Shown here: positions 13,690 to 28,027 of the stretch, piece by piece
How the letters are laid out: every line of letters begins with the position of its first letter
Position numbering within the stretch: the first letter of the stretch is position 1
Source of the DNA: Octopus vulgaris
Lineage: Eukaryota
Reading direction: 5' to 3'
Length of the DNA: 64,000 bases
Assembly (NCBI GenBank): GCA_951406725.2
Contig: OX597815.1
Location: 111,724,001-111,788,000 of the forward strand
The notes under the pieces: model-generated
Databases searched by the model: none
Told to the model about the DNA's origin: nothing
The model's input: the letters and a program-made list of their open reading frames with translations, nothing else
Position numbers and translations under genes: made by a program

Positions 13690-16440
13690 CATTCAGTAGT
13701 TTTATTTTTATAGCGTGCTTTCACTTCACTACCGAGCACAGCTCTGTGTGCCTTAGGTATGTGCTGTGATTTGTTGTGATGCTCTGATGGTTATTGTATG
13801 GAAATGGTCTACGGCATTTTTTATATACCACTCTAAGCTGTTTTTCTCTGCTTCGAAACAGTCCTGGCAACTGATCAAGCGTCTTCCACCATTTCTTATC
13901 GACAACTAAAGCCTATAAGTGTCACTCTTATGGTGGAAGGCTCCGTGTACTGACAACATTTTTCTGGTTTTGGTTTCCATTGTCTTAATTTCTCTCTTTT
14001 GCCTTTTTATAAATTCTCGCTCCAAACGGAAGTGATACAATCACCAGCGTACAATCTGCTTGGATTTTATTACATCCAATCAATTTAGAGCGCAACACCA
14101 ACCTTAGTCATCTGAAATACTCCATAGTTTCATTTCCTTCTCCATTATCTTGTTGACCAAGTTATTTGTATCCTTCCGGTTTAATTTGCTTAATCAAGTC
14201 TCTATTCGGTTATTCTGTCTCTGCTCGGGACTGAATCTTGCTCCTTCTTGGGTAGATTATTCCACACTTCTTGAGCCAAAATTCCATTCTAATATCAGTA
14301 CTAACCAGTGGACCGTGTTCACTAAGGAACTCACTTATGTCTCATCGTGACCATAGTTTCAAAACATCCATGTAGATGAGGTGGTTGAATGGTTGCGATT
14401 TTCATGCAGAGAAATGCAGAGAACGAAAAGCAATGGAGATAGGCTGTCACCCTGGAAAATCTCTCTTCTGATACCCAGGGTGCCCCAGCTTTTTCCATAA
14501 AATGTCAGTTCAGTTTTCCATCCCATCATACTTCTCTCCAGGAAATACATTTCTGGCAATTCCAAACAGATCTAAGGTAGTCAATCCAGGACATTCTCAG
14601 ATTTCTTCTCCTTTGTTTACAATCTTGCGTTATCATTTTCTTTATCAATAGTTGATCTTTGCTATCTCATCAACTCCTTCAACAGCACTTTTGTTCCGAC
14701 GTTAATATATCGTCCTCATCAAGAAATCTAGACATTCCTTCTGCAATTCCTCCTAACAGTAACTACCTCATTAAGAAAGGGCATGAAATTGGTCTGCAAT
14801 TGTCAGACACATCCTTCAGGCACAACACCGTTTGTCCTTTTCTTAACCAGCCCAAGAATTTCATCTTCTCCATTTGTTCAATGCATTAAATTGTTCTGCG
14901 ATCAATCTATGGCAACAACTGAACTTTTTTATCAATAATCCCTGTACCCCATCAGGTCCTACTGCTTTCCCATTGCTTATCTTTTTACTCATATTTCTGA
15001 TAGTATCTTTTGTGAAGCTGATAGCCTCTTGCTGGAATTAAGAAGCTGTTTCAGGCTGCAGAGCCATTCAGCTGTAGTACTATGTTGTTCTTTCTTACTC
15101 CATATCTTACCCCAGAAAAGACGACCTTCATCAGTATCAGACACTAATCTTTCACGTTTTTTATTGACATTAATCTCTTGGTAAAATCTTTTTTTGGTCG
15201 GTTCTAAACAATTTGTTTTGCTGATATTGTTTAATCCGTTGTTTAAACCTAGTTAGCTTTGCTTTTTGGTATGTATGCGCTGCTTCAGTTCTTCATTGAA
15301 GCCTTTTGTAACTACACCATACTTCTTCCTAACGTTTTCGATTTGCCACTCATTCTTAAGTTCTTCATTTCCCGTCCTCACAAGTAATAACACTACACTG
15401 TTCTAGGAGTTTATATCTTCAGAAATTATCCTTTTCCACCACAGTTGTTTATTTCCTCTTCTATCCGTCGCTGTTCTATTCTCAGTAGTTCTCAATCCCA
15501 TCCTTTCTGCCACAATCCTACAAGCAGCCTTGATAACATAATTTGTTTGTGCGATGTTCTTTGTTTCAATGTGTCTGAGTTCATTATTGGCTTTATTCTT
15601 CTCTTGATTTAATCTCCATTGATAAGCCTTCTTAACGTCGCACATAAATTCTGTCCTTCCTGTATTTAAAAGATCAAAAATACTGTCAATTATTAATCGA
15701 CATTTATTGTGTGAGTAGTCACTCATCTCAATTCTTTCACAATTCACGTTATTATATTTTTGCTAAGAATTGTCCATTTCATCTACTATATCACTTTCAT
15801 TTCTCGGAAGCCCAGCCTCAGCCGTTATCCTTCATTTAATAGCTTCAAGCTCCAATTCTGTTAACTATCCATTCTTTCGTATTGATCTTGCTTGGTTACA
15901 TAATATGTATTCAGTAATTTCGAACAGATCCATTGCTTTCAATTTACTGTGCATTCGTTTTGTGGACCCTCTGACAGGCACGCCATTCACATCCACTGGG
16001 GCGCGCTGGTAGTAACACTGCATAAATATAAGGTTTACTTATTTACTCAACTCATGTGTTGTAGTATGGCCTGATGTAATCTCCAGGGATACAGGCATCC
16101 AGCAGCAGGACCTCCGTAATGCTATGATGGACCGTGAAGTCTGGCGTAACATAGTAAATTCCATTGTCTCGACCACGGTCGAACAATGATGATGATGAGT
16201 ATGGCCAGCAGTTGCTGGATTACGACCAGGCTCTCCCTGTTTCACAGTGGGGCACCTGCCGGGTGCAGCACCTTCACCATTGGTTCAAGGCCCGTTCACA
16301 CCACTATCCACATCTATTTTCCTTGGGGTGTGATTTAGGTTACTACCAACCGGTATTTTTGTCGAGGCACCATCTCTATCAAGGTAACCCGCCAAGTCAG
16401 CTCCCCTGCTTTTGAACTCAGAGTGCTCCTCCCAGGCTGC
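13690..16440 (-). mobile_element. Long decayed R4/Dong element (5' UTR, N-terminus, RT, RLE; internally deleted, possibly composite)
   Basis: ORF 14359-14565 has GIRREIFQGDSLSPLLFVL. ORF 15403-15747 has KQLWWKR. Both ends abut (TTA)n. Confidence 0.8.
16068..16198 (+). mobile_element. 3' end of an RTE-type LINE with (TGA)n tail, nested in the R4/Dong element
   Basis: PDVISRDTGIQQQDLRNAMMDREVWRNIV-like C-terminus, a tcgaccacggtcga hairpin and a tgatgatgatga tail. Confidence 0.7.
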
Positions 16441-16443
16441 TTG

Positions 16444-16475
<32 letters not shown>

Positions 16476-17032
16476 GAGTGAGAGAGTAGTTCATGCCATC
16501 AAAGTGACACTGGGGTAAAATATACGAAGCCCAATATACCCATCATGACTACCCGTCTGATAAAGGTACACCAGGCACATGCATCACAACCATATGTGCG
16601 CGACATGGTGATCTCATATCAAGATAAACAGCACATGACCTTGCAGGTAGGGCCCAGTTAGAATTTTCTTCAGGTTGAGTAGCCCATCCTGCTCAAAAGG
16701 TCCCTGAATAAGGGTTGCTTTAGGATGGTGAACGAAACACCTATGTTTCCAGAGGTGAATTATTCAAACCCCAAAGAATCCCTCTCAACACATGGCCATG
16801 ATGCTCCCCCACTACTTCTGCTCGTGATCAGAGATGCACATATCGTCAGCCACTAAGGGACATGCTCAACTGGTTAAGGCCAAACAACTGACAAGCAGAT
16901 CTGTGGTATTGAGCAGAATATTTGCTGTAGCCCATCTTTTATACCAAGACAAAACAATGTACATGATAACACTTCCAATCAGTTAAGATCAGAAGCCATG
17001 AGAGCCACTGCCTGGTACTGCATCAGGGCATT
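16476..17032. mobile_element. TAA-embedded element, copy 3 (full length)
   Basis: High identity to 8060-8616. Flanked by (TTA)n. Confidence 0.9.
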
Positions 17033-17214
17033 TATTATTATTATTATTATAATTATTACTATTACTATTATTATTATTTTTATTTTTATTATTGTTGTTG
17101 TTGTTGTTGTTGTTGTTGGTAGTGGTGGTGGTGGTGGTGGTACTGGTTGTTTTGGTGGTGGTAGTGGTGTTGCTGTTGTTGTTGTTATTCATATACACTC
17201 AACAAATTAGACTG

Positions 17215-18620
17215 TTGGAAAAGAAAAGAAGACTAACATCGGGCTACAACAAATAACCCTTGACGCCAAGAAACCTCTTATTGGGTTACAGCAAGTAACT
17301 TTAGATACCAAGATTCCTCCTATGTATCTTAGCTGTCCCTAATAACACTCCTTTCTGCAGCTGTACTGAACTGGGTTATATACCTATTTCCTCTGTCCAT
17401 CTATTCAGATCTTTTGTGATATGCATCTTTACATACGGGGATACATTTTACCCGTACTTTCTATAATCTTTGTAATTCAATAGCTAGGTCCTGGTACTTT
17501 GCTTTCTTGTCTATACTTCTCATATTAGTTTTTCCATCGTTTGGGAATGTTAAGTCAATCATCAGGCACGTTCTATTTTCTTTATCTACTACTAACAATC
17601 CAGGGTTTCTATCTTCTGTTACTCTGTTAGTCTGAATGTTCCTGTCCCACAACATCTTGTATTTCTTACTTTCTTGTTCTTTACTAGGTTCATGTTCATA
17701 CCATTTAGCAGTACGTTAAAATCCTTAGTTTACTACATAGTCCCAATCGGATTGCTCTCCCTAGATTGTCATATCTTTTCTAGCATTCTTTCCGTCCCAG
17801 CATGCTACATTCACTTATTATATGAGTAACGCTCTCCTTTTTTGATTTGCATAGCCCACATTGAGAATCTACTTGGTTTTTGTCTATCATGGCTTTTATC
17901 CGATAACTCCTTAATGCTTGATCTTGTGCCGCTACTAACAAACTTTATTTTTCCCTCTTCAGCTTTCGTTTCTGCAACGATAACCATGTCTCACTATAAC
18001 TATTTGCTGAAACTATCTTTGGTAAGCTACCATGCAATGCTTTCTACTGCCAGTCAGATAATTTCTGTTTTCTTTTCTGGTTTTAAGTTCACTGTGTGTT
18101 ATATTTTCATGCTGTCACTCTAGCAGTTTTTAATAAACTTTCCTCACTATTACCTATATATGAGTCTATATCTACTTTATCTAACTCCACGCAGTCTTCT
18201 ACTGTTTTTAACGATTTTCCACCATCCTTTCTAGGTAGGTATAATCTTGTTAATCTTGCTACTCTTGCCCTAAGGTGGAGTCCTTCATTCATATTGAATT
18301 CCTTCCTAGTTCTTCTGTCTAGCTTCCCTAATTCAGTCTTTACTCAGTCTACAAAAGGTGCTGAGTATCTAGGTAATGACACTGCCCAAGTATTTACAGC
18401 CGTCACTAGATTCGGATTATTTAGCTTTCACTTCATTAGCTTCCTCACAATTCCGATGTAGTCCTTCTCAATTTTAGCTTTCATTTATATAGTTAGTACT
18501 CTGTCAGATTCTAATACTCCTAGATACTCATAATTCTCTCCTCCTTTCAATGAGTTTATTGTCTGACCCTCTGGTAATTGGATGCCTTCGCTGTTGACTA
18601 CTTGCCCTCTTCTTGCGACT
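17215..18620 (-). mobile_element. R4/Dong 3' half, decayed
   Basis: ORF 17461-17655 has LWDRNIQTNRVTEDRNPGLLVVD...YQDLAIELQRL. ORF 18107-18292 has RLYLPRKDGGKSL. Confidence 0.85.
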
Positions 18621-19640
18621 TTATTATTTGTTTATTTCTATCACAGGTTTTGTTTGAACTCCTGGAGTCTTACATGCATAGCGGGCTTGCTACCTGCAGC
18701 GTACGGCACCGTGCTATTCGTTTTTTTTTTCAGCTATCTGTTACTTTTCTGATTATGCTGGCAGTGCCAAGGTGGCAACACTTTTGTAACAGTTCTACTG
18801 GGCACTCTATTCCTATTTCCTGTATAATTTCCTTGATGCCTTGTGATATTATTCCCAAGGACGCAATAATATTTGGTAATATCTTTATCGTCTCCATTTC
18901 CACAGCAGGGCTAATTCTTACTTAATAGGGTTGCATTCACCTATCTTTTCGCCTTTCCTTGTTTAATATTCGTGGACCAAAGAAGCATGCAACATCAACT
19001 ACATAGCACATTTGGTGCATCATGTCGACACCATTAGGTTCGATCTCATGCTCTAGCACCTACTATGTTAGGATTTGGAAATCCCAGAGGATTTTGGTAG
19101 TCTTCGACTCCGTCACACTCTGAGGTTTGTGCTCATACCACGTCTTGCCTCTCAGTAGCCCCACTTTTTGCGTAGTTTCCAAAATAGCCCTTTCATTACC
19201 TGATCGTGTCACCATAACTTGTAGTGGTTTTAGTCTAGGGCATTCGTTCATGATATGAGTTATGGCTTAATCTACTCTGTTACAGATGCGGCAGCGCGAA
19301 GACGCTTGCTCATTCCAAGGTTGACCCTCCAGTTCGTAGCCAAATATTAGCCTTATGCTGCCAGTATAGTGCCCTCGGTGTTTTTTCTTTTAGTGCTACT
19401 TTCGCCAGCCAATCCCACCTATTTTCCAGCAACTTCTCTTATGGCTACATGGAATTGATAGAGTAATTCCACCTCATGGCATTTTTGTACTTCCTTGTTT
19501 TCCCTTTTTCCTCTGCATTCAATATTCCCCGTTTTCTGACAGTCACTAACAAGGTTTCTTTACTCTGGGTTAGGTATCCCATTAAGCTCTCGAGTTCAAT
19601 ACGCACGCAATCTTCCTCACTTATCAGTCCCTGATACCAC
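18620..19640 (-). mobile_element. R4/Dong 3' fragment related to 4449-5420
   Basis: WYEHKPQSVTESKTTKILWDFQI. EDCVRIELESLMGYL matches ORF 5195-5422. Confidence 0.85.
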
Positions 19641-20724
19641 CATGGTCTACTTTGCCATTCATCTTCTCGGGATCGGTAAAGTAACATATCAGTTGAACAT
19701 GAATGCCGATGTAGCCAACTTTATCCATCCCCCGAAATTTCAGACTTTGTACCTATAGTAGAAATGATTATTCTTACCATCACCTCTTTGATTTTATTAA
19801 GGCTGTGAGCTGTTAAAATCGTTAGCGCATCATACAAAAATGCTGAGCAGCACTCATTTCGGCTCTTCAGTTCTGATTCCAAATTCCGTCGATATTAACT
19901 GAGCCTATCATTTTTCCTTGTCGATAAAGTAATTATTAGCTGAACACTGTGATCTGTGTAATTGACTTGAGTCTCCTCTCGAAATTACTGGTCGTGTACC
20001 AAAGCTTTAGAAAGAGTTATTACTACTTTAATCAATCACTGTATAACTTAAATAGACAAAATATATGTTACCGATAAAAATCAAGTCAAATAATGTTTAT
20101 CTATAATCCTGGTGGAAAAGGCTGCTTCATAATCTTTTTTAATTAAAAAAAAATTCCCTTTAAAATGTAATGAATTTAGAAAATCGTAAATAAGATTCGG
20201 CAATAACCGTAGTTAAAAAGATTTATACCAAAATATTGGATTTTATATTTTACTAAGGGTAAACATTTCCTGCCAGAATGTCTGTTATTGCTTCCAAGGC
20301 CTTCTGTTCAATTATATCTAATGTATTAAAAACAGATATTTCATTTTATAACATGAATTATATATTACAAAAAGTCGAGTGTCAAACACTTGAAACAACG
20401 AATGATTTAAATTAAATTCTAAAATGCAATTGATATTGAAATTTGTAGTTTGATATCAGAAACAAAAATTCTTGCATATTTACAAAATCTATATTGGCTT
20501 ATATTTTTATTAAATGTTCTCACAAATACGTAAGATTGCACCCTTCTCTCTCTATAAATATCTGTGAGTTTGTGTATGTGTGTGTGCTTGTATATATACA
20601 AAGAGGGAGGTACACTGAGAGAGAAAGAGAGAAAGAGTGGGGGAGTGAGTGGAGAGACAGTGAGGGAGAGAAATTTGGGAGAGGGACAGAGAAAGATAGC
20701 AGAGTGTCGGTAGATATGAAATAA

Positions 20725-20940
20725 TATTTTCTAGTATAGGCACAAGGCCTGAAATATGGGAGAGGGGGACAATCGACTATATCGAACCAGTGTTTCACTG
20801 GTACTTAATTTATCGTCACTTAAAGAATGAAAGGCAAAGTCGAACTCGGCGAAATTGGAACTAAGAACATAGCGACGGGCGAAATTACGCTAAGCATTTC
20901 GGCTGGTGTGCTAATGACTCTGGAAATTCACCGCCTCGGC
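20725..20940 (-). mobile_element. tRNA-derived SINE
   Basis: Reverse complement of the 27817/58847 family (gtcgactttgcctttcat...aagtaccagt). Confidence 0.85.
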
Positions 20941-20990
20941 AGATACGAAGTAATGTATTCTCATCATTTATTCATTTCATGACTCGAAAT

Positions 20991-21027
<37 letters not shown>

Positions 21028-21298
21028 AACCACACAAACACACACACACACAAACCACACAAACACACACACACGATCATACACAAGCAAACGTATAAAT
21101 CTGTGTGTGTGTGTGAGCATGTGTATGTGTGTGTGTGCATGTGTATGTGTGTGTGTGCATGTGTATGTGTGTGTGTATGTGTGTGTGTGTATGTGTGTGT
21201 GTGTGTGTCTGAATAAAACAGTTAGGTTTAAATCTCCGAATGAGATTTAAGTAGTAAAATCTATTTGCTAAACGTTTATCTTTAACGTCGGCAAATAG

Positions 21299-21364
<66 letters not shown>

Positions 21365-21399
21365 ACATTTAGTAATGGTCATATTTTTGCCAATTAACC

Positions 21400-22242
<843 letters not shown>

Positions 22243-22539
22243 ATATATATATATATATATATATGAAAATCAAGTCAAAATAGAAAATGCTAAAATAATT
22301 TTATAAAGAACATTTCAGTACCTGTTTCGGTCATTTTGAGAACTTTTCAACTGTAACGATTAAATAATTAAATTTAGAAAAATTAAAAGAAAAGTTTTTT
22401 TAAAGGAATATTTGTATAGTGTTCAAATATAAGTGGCATTCTGCCTTTCTCTGTCTCTCTTGTTTGCACTTGTGTGTTCGAGGCCGTTGTGTTCGAGGCC
22501 GTGACATATATATACATATATATGTATATATATGTATAT

Positions 22540-24570
22540 TATATATAGTGAATCGAAACATAGACGAACAGAGTAGAAAAAACAACAATGCGAAGTGGTA
22601 CAAGTACTGTATTATCAGACGCTCAGGAAAGGAAAGAAAGAGGATTTTACGTTTCGAGCAAAGCTCTTCTTCAGAATTAGAGGCAAGTCCAAAAGAAGGA
22701 AATGGGAGGAAGAAATTCGCAAACGATATGCACGTGGTTACATTTTGAAATGACCGGAAGGAAATGGGTGAAGAAAAAGTTCTTTCTAAGACGAGAGTGC
22801 AAGAGGAGGTATGTGTGTGTATGCGTGAGTATGTGCGTGTGCGCAGGTCTGTGTGTGTGTAATAATAGCACGTGTATGTGCGTATGTGTGTGTGGGGCTG
22901 TTTATATCTGTCTGTGTGTGTGGATGTATGTGTGTATGTGCATGTATGTGTGTTGTATGTGTGTGGTGTGTTTGGAAGGTATATGTGCGGTCATGTGTGT
23001 GCACTGGTGCCAGTACTTTTTCGTGTGTGTGTATATATGTATGTGTGTGTGATTATGTGTGCTTGTATATAGAAATGAAATATAATATTATGAATTATAA
23101 TAATAAAATGAGGTTGATAGGGGATAAAGAAGAAGTTATACAATATAAAATGGCGCAATTAAAATCAAAAAATTGAAATAAAGTTGCCTTGTTGCAGGAG
23201 GTTGTAGAGACAGTCATTAGGAGGAGAGGGTTGTGTTTAGTGCGTACTGGATAGTTGTTCGTAGATTAAAAATACGATGCTGTTCCAGGCGGAGTCGAGA
23301 GTGTGTGGATCCGTGATGCAGAATGAGGCCAAACACGGAGATGTTAGAGATGGGTTGGCCAAGTGGAAGTGACGGCCAACGGGGGTGTTCGAGCGTAGCC
23401 TAACATCCCTTAGATATTCGGTGAACCGGTCGGCCAGCCGGCGGTCCGTCTAACCGGCATATAGTTTACCATAGAGGTTGTATCTAATACAGTATATAAG
23501 GCTAGAAGAGGTGCAAGAGAAGGAATTTCTGATGTGAAAAGTGTGCTGGTTGGAACCAGTGAGAGAGATAGTGTTGGTGGTGAAGGTGTTGGCAGGTGTG
23601 GCAGCGGGATCTGGACCATGGGAAGGATCCGGGTGGGTCTAGGGGGAAGAGGAAAAGGTTCTACAGACCAGTAGATCGCGTAGGTTCCGGGCGCGTTTAA
23701 AAGAGGACAAGGGTGCATTGGAGAAAATGGGGCGGGTGGTGGGATCGAGCTGGAGGCGACGCAAGACACGTAGGACCCTCCGAAGGTGTATGGTGGAGGG
23801 GTTAAAAAGGAGGAAAAAGGGGGTGTAATTAGGGGATTGGCGTTGGGAATGACAGAGGGCGGTGGTGCGATCGATTCGACGAGCGAAGGCAAGAGCGGTT
23901 TGGACAGGGTTTGAAGGAAATCCCCGATGCATGAACAGGCGGGCAAGGTACTAGGACTGGGTCTCGAAATCCTGGTCCCGGCTGCACAAGAGTCGGAGGC
24001 GAAGAAACTGGGAGCAGGGGATGGCCTGCTTGGTGTGGAAGGGATGGGAGGAGGAGGAGTTGAGGTAGAGGTGGGTATCTGTGGGTTTGAAGAAGGCAGA
24101 AGTGGCGAGAGAGTGGGAGGTGAGGTCAATGCTAAGAGAGGTATCAAGGAAATTAACCGAAGTGTTACAGATGGCAGAAATAAATTGGAGAGAGAGGTGG
24201 AAGTTAGAGAGGAAAGAGATGAAGTGGCAGAGTTGTTCACGGGAGATATATGTGGCACCTATACAGTTGTCTATGTTGCAACCGTATAGCTCAGGGGTCA
24301 GCCCAGAGAACTGGGAGAATATTTTGGCCTGAATGTGACAAACAAATAGGTTGCGGGAATTTGGGCCCATTCCCTTTCCCATCATGACGCCAGACAATCA
24401 TTGGTAAATTTCCCCGTCGAACGTAAAGCAGTTGAGGGTGAGAGCGAGCTTTGCAAGACGATGAAGGGTGGAGGTGCTGGGTAGAAATTTGATGTCCAAG
24501 GTGAAGAGGAGACGTGAGGGGTCGAGAGGGAAGCAAAAATAATTGAAGAGGCGAAGGGCGTGATTAGAAA
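22540..24570 (-). mobile_element. Penelope-like retroelement (RT + GIY-YIG), 5'-truncated and frameshifted
   Basis: FTLDIK, TLNCFTFDG, GVMMGKGMGPN..LF, YGCNIDNCIG (YIDD decayed), FLD, KPTDTHLYL..SSHP. GIY-YIG remnant YAG*TDRRLADRFTEY near 23410-23465. A hammerhead lies in the downstream terminal region. Confidence 0.9.
22643..22678 (-). ncRNA. Minimal type I hammerhead ribozyme (Penelope-associated)
   Basis: aauu-CUGAAGA-a-GAGC-uuu-GCUC-GAAA-C-GUA-aaau. Core intact, palindromic ACGU stem III, short imperfect stem I. Confidence 0.75.
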
Positions 24571-24571
24571 A

Positions 24572-24602
<31 letters not shown>

Positions 24603-24858
24603 GACAGAGAGGAAAAAATAAAATGTTCCTTGCATTTGAAAAGTATGGAAATATTTTTTAAAAGATATTTCATTTACTCTTTCCACAATTTAATTGTTCT
24701 TCATGTTCTACTCTAAGTTGAAAATGTCGCAAACACTGAAACTGATACTAAAATATTCTTTATGATTAAATTATTTTATATATATATATATATATATAAT
24801 TTAACAGAATGAGATAAAAATCCAAGGCAGTGAATGTTTTCAGAAAATTTATAAAGAG

Positions 24859-24906
24859 GTCTTACAGCTGTTTCCGTGATATTTTATACATCCCTTCATC
24901 AGAGAC
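24859..24906 (-). ncRNA. Hammerhead ribozyme with intact core
   Basis: GUCU-CUGAUGA-agggauguauaaaauaucacg-GAAA-CAGCUG-UA-AGAC. 4-bp stem I, gaugu/auauc stem II, palindromic CAGCUG stem III, GUA cleavage triplet. Confidence 0.8.
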
Positions 24907-25524
24907 GGTGCGAGGAAGTGTTTAAGTAATAGTTGTTATAGAGGAGATATGAAATACAGAGTGGAGTGGAAGAATGAAAGCAGACCTGAGATACGTAAAT
25001 ATATTGTATCTGCAGTCCCATTATTGAAGCAGAATGATGCATATGCAAGTTTCCTGTACGTTGTTTGTGAGTTCCCATGGTGTTTATAATTGGTCTTTCC
25101 AAGCATAGAGTTTTGGAAACAGTGTTATTCGATCGAATTTTTTTTTGAAGTGACTTAAAATTTTGGAATGTGTTCGTAAGGTCAAATCAAAAACAAGAAG
25201 AGAGAGAAAGAGAGAGAGAGGGGGGGAGACAATAAAGAAATGAATAGAAAGAAGGTGAGCTAACTAGAGGTCAGGATAAAATGATAAAAGGAAGAGAGAT
25301 GTGAGGTGACAGAGTGAGGAAGATATGTGAGGTGACACAGAGAGAGGAAGAGATGAGGGTGTAAAGAGTAAAGGAGTGTGAGATATGCTGTGAGCATAAA
25401 TGATGGATAGAGAGAGGGGTCTGTGTATTAAAATGGTGGAATAAAAATTGGGAATATTGGTTAGGCTGCTTAGAGGACAGGTCAGTGGCGAGCAATAGAA
25501 GAATGTATATTTGTGAAGTTGTAT

Positions 25525-25564
<40 letters not shown>

Positions 25565-26056
25565 ATAGACATTTACATACATCAATACATACATATGCAT
25601 ACAAAACTCTTGTATGCTGCATGCATTCACGTTTATAGACGCTCATTTGTGTCTAATTTTTGTATATATAAAATCTTGCATATATAGATGCATGCATACA
25701 GACTCACACACACGTATAAATGTATGTGAGTGTATACATATACACACGCACACACGCATATACACATACACACAGAGAGGCAGGTATGAGTAAATATATC
25801 TATATCCACACATACTCAGTATATAAATCCTGGTTTATATAAATAATCTATACCTATAATCATATATATTCATATGCACCCTCTTGCATGTTCACATATG
25901 TATACATACACACGTATAAATACGCATACGTATATATCCGCGTACGTATATACATATACACATATATACACATACACACCTACATACGTACACACACATG
26001 CACATATACGCGTATAAATATATATATATATGCACTATCATACAGGCACACACGTG

Positions 26057-26101
<45 letters not shown>

Positions 26102-26254
26102 GCATAATGCATACATATAGACACACAGGTTCAAGTATACACATACACACACGCACATGCATATATATATGTCACATAAACATACCTATATGTACATACA
26201 CGCGCTCATACATGCGAGTATGCGTATGTATTATTACAACATTGTCCATAATGC

Positions 26255-26420
26255 ATTCAGGGCCTCCCTACCAAGGTCAACGCTCAACCTGGAAGCATTG
26301 CCTGAAGGAGGCTCTTCACATATTAGAGCACAACTCTTCAACACTGCTAAATAAACATAATGCGGCACTAAGCACACACAACCACCACTTGTTTCGCACA
26401 CTCAATTTCAAATGCCTAAA
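26255..26420 (+). mobile_element. Remnant of a Penelope GIY-YIG C-terminal segment in the palindrome spacer
   Basis: PPYQGQRSTWKHCLKEALHILEHNSSTLLNKH resembles the Penelope C-terminal CxLCLxExxxI...LLNKR motif. Confidence 0.55.
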
Positions 26421-26658
26421 CAACCACACAGTACATTTGCACAATACCCCGTAGGTAATCTCTAATAACCTTATAAATCTACAAATCCTTATCTAATTCT
26501 TCTTTCATACTTGAAGATCTCAATCATTTAAATATTTATATATATATATATATGTGTGTGTGTATATACATATGCGTATATGTGATATATATATATGTGT
26601 GTGTGTGTGTGTGTATGTATGTATATGTGTACGCTTCTGTCTATATGAATGCATTATG

Positions 26659-26693
<35 letters not shown>

Positions 26694-27671
26694 ATGCGTA
26701 TATCTGCATACATGTGTACGTATGTACGTGTGTGTGTATGCATATAAGAACATACAAGTGGGTACATGTGAATATATATGATTATAGGTGTAGATATGTT
26801 ATATAAACTAGAATTTATATACTGAAAATGTGTAAATATAGTTATATTTACACGTAGCTGCCTCTGTGTGTGTATGAGTATATGGGTGTGTGCGTGTGTA
26901 TATGTATACACTCACATATATTAATACGCGTGTGCGAGCCTGTATGCATGCATCTATGTATGTAAGAATTTTATATATACAAAATTAGACACAAATGAGC
27001 GTCTATATACGTGAATGCATGCAACATACAAACGTTTTGTATGCGTATGTATGTGTTGATGTATGTAAATCTATTTATACATGTATGAATATGTGTGTAT
27101 ACAACTTCACAAATATACATTCTTTTACTGCTCACCAATGTCCTGTCCTTTAAGCAACCTAACCAATATTCCCAATTCTTTATTCCACCATCTCTCCCCG
27201 TCCATCACTTATGCTTTATCATATATCTCACACTCCTTTATTCTTAACCCCCTCATCTCTTCCTCTCTCTGTCACCCTCACATCTCCCTTACTTCTATCA
27301 TTTTATCCTGACGACTAGCTAGCACACCTTTTCTCTATTGAAACCTTTTTTGTCTCACTCCCTCTTTTTTATCTCTCTCTTTCTATTCCTGTTTTTGATT
27401 TGACCTTACGAACACATTCCCACCTTTTATGTCACTTCAAAAAAAAACCTTCGATATATTAACATCGTTTCCAAGACTATGATTGGAATAAACAATTATA
27501 AACACCATTTGGAACTCACACAAATGATGCAGGAAATTGCATATACGGCATTCTACTTAAATAATGGAACTGCAGATACAATATCCTTACATAGCTCACG
27601 TCTGTTTTCATTCCTCCACTCCACCCTGTATTTCATATCTCCTCTATAGTACTTAAACAATTTCTCACACC

Positions 27672-27716
27672 GTCTCTGAAGGGATATATAAAATATCACG
27701 GAAACAGCTGTAAGAC
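27672..27716 (+). ncRNA. Hammerhead ribozyme copy with a 3-nt core deletion (probably inactive)
   Basis: gtct-CTGAAGG-gatatataaaatatcacg-GAAA-CAGCTG-TA-agac. Mirror of 24859-24906, lacking TGA. Confidence 0.65.
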
Positions 27717-27816
27717 CTCTTTATGAATGTTCTGAAAACTTTCACTGCCTTAGACTTTTATCTCATTCTATCAATTTTATGCATATATGCACCCTAATAT
27801 ATGACCTACGTTTAGT

Positions 27817-28027
27817 CGGCGAGCTGGCAGAAACGTTAACACGCCCGACGAAACGCTTAGCTGTATTTCGTCTGTCTTTACGTTCTGAGTTCAAATTCCA
27901 CTGAGGTCGACTTTGGGTGTCATCCTTTCGGGGTCAATAAATGAAGTACCGGTTGCGTACTGGGGTCGATCTAATCGACTGCCCCCTCCCCCAATATTTC
28001 GGGCCTTGTGCTCAGAGTAGAAAAGAA
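27817..28027 (+). mobile_element. tRNA-derived SINE
   Basis: A-box-like ggcgagctggcaga and B-box-like gagttcaaattcc. Multi-copy in the window. Confidence 0.9.

Larger units (their letters stand above)
24805..27775. repeat. ~3-kb imperfect palindrome (arms ~24805-26200 and ~26545-27775), probably Penelope-derived
   Basis: Several unique blocks are mirrored, e.g. 24857-24910 vs 27668-27718, 25640-25700 vs 26940-27003 and 25820-25890 vs 26748-26826. Confidence 0.9.

Noticed and set aside
16975-17032. CTGATGC at the end of the TAA-embedded element (minus strand) as a hammerhead or HDV ribozyme
   Set aside because: I could not place GAAA/stem III/NUH or an HDV P3-L3. Only a simple hairpin is visible.
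23410-24258. 282-aa Ser/Pro-rich ORF
   Set aside because: An alternative frame of the C-rich Penelope coding strand.
27817-27905. tRNA genes
   Set aside because: The A/B boxes belong to SINE heads. There is no complete cloverleaf.
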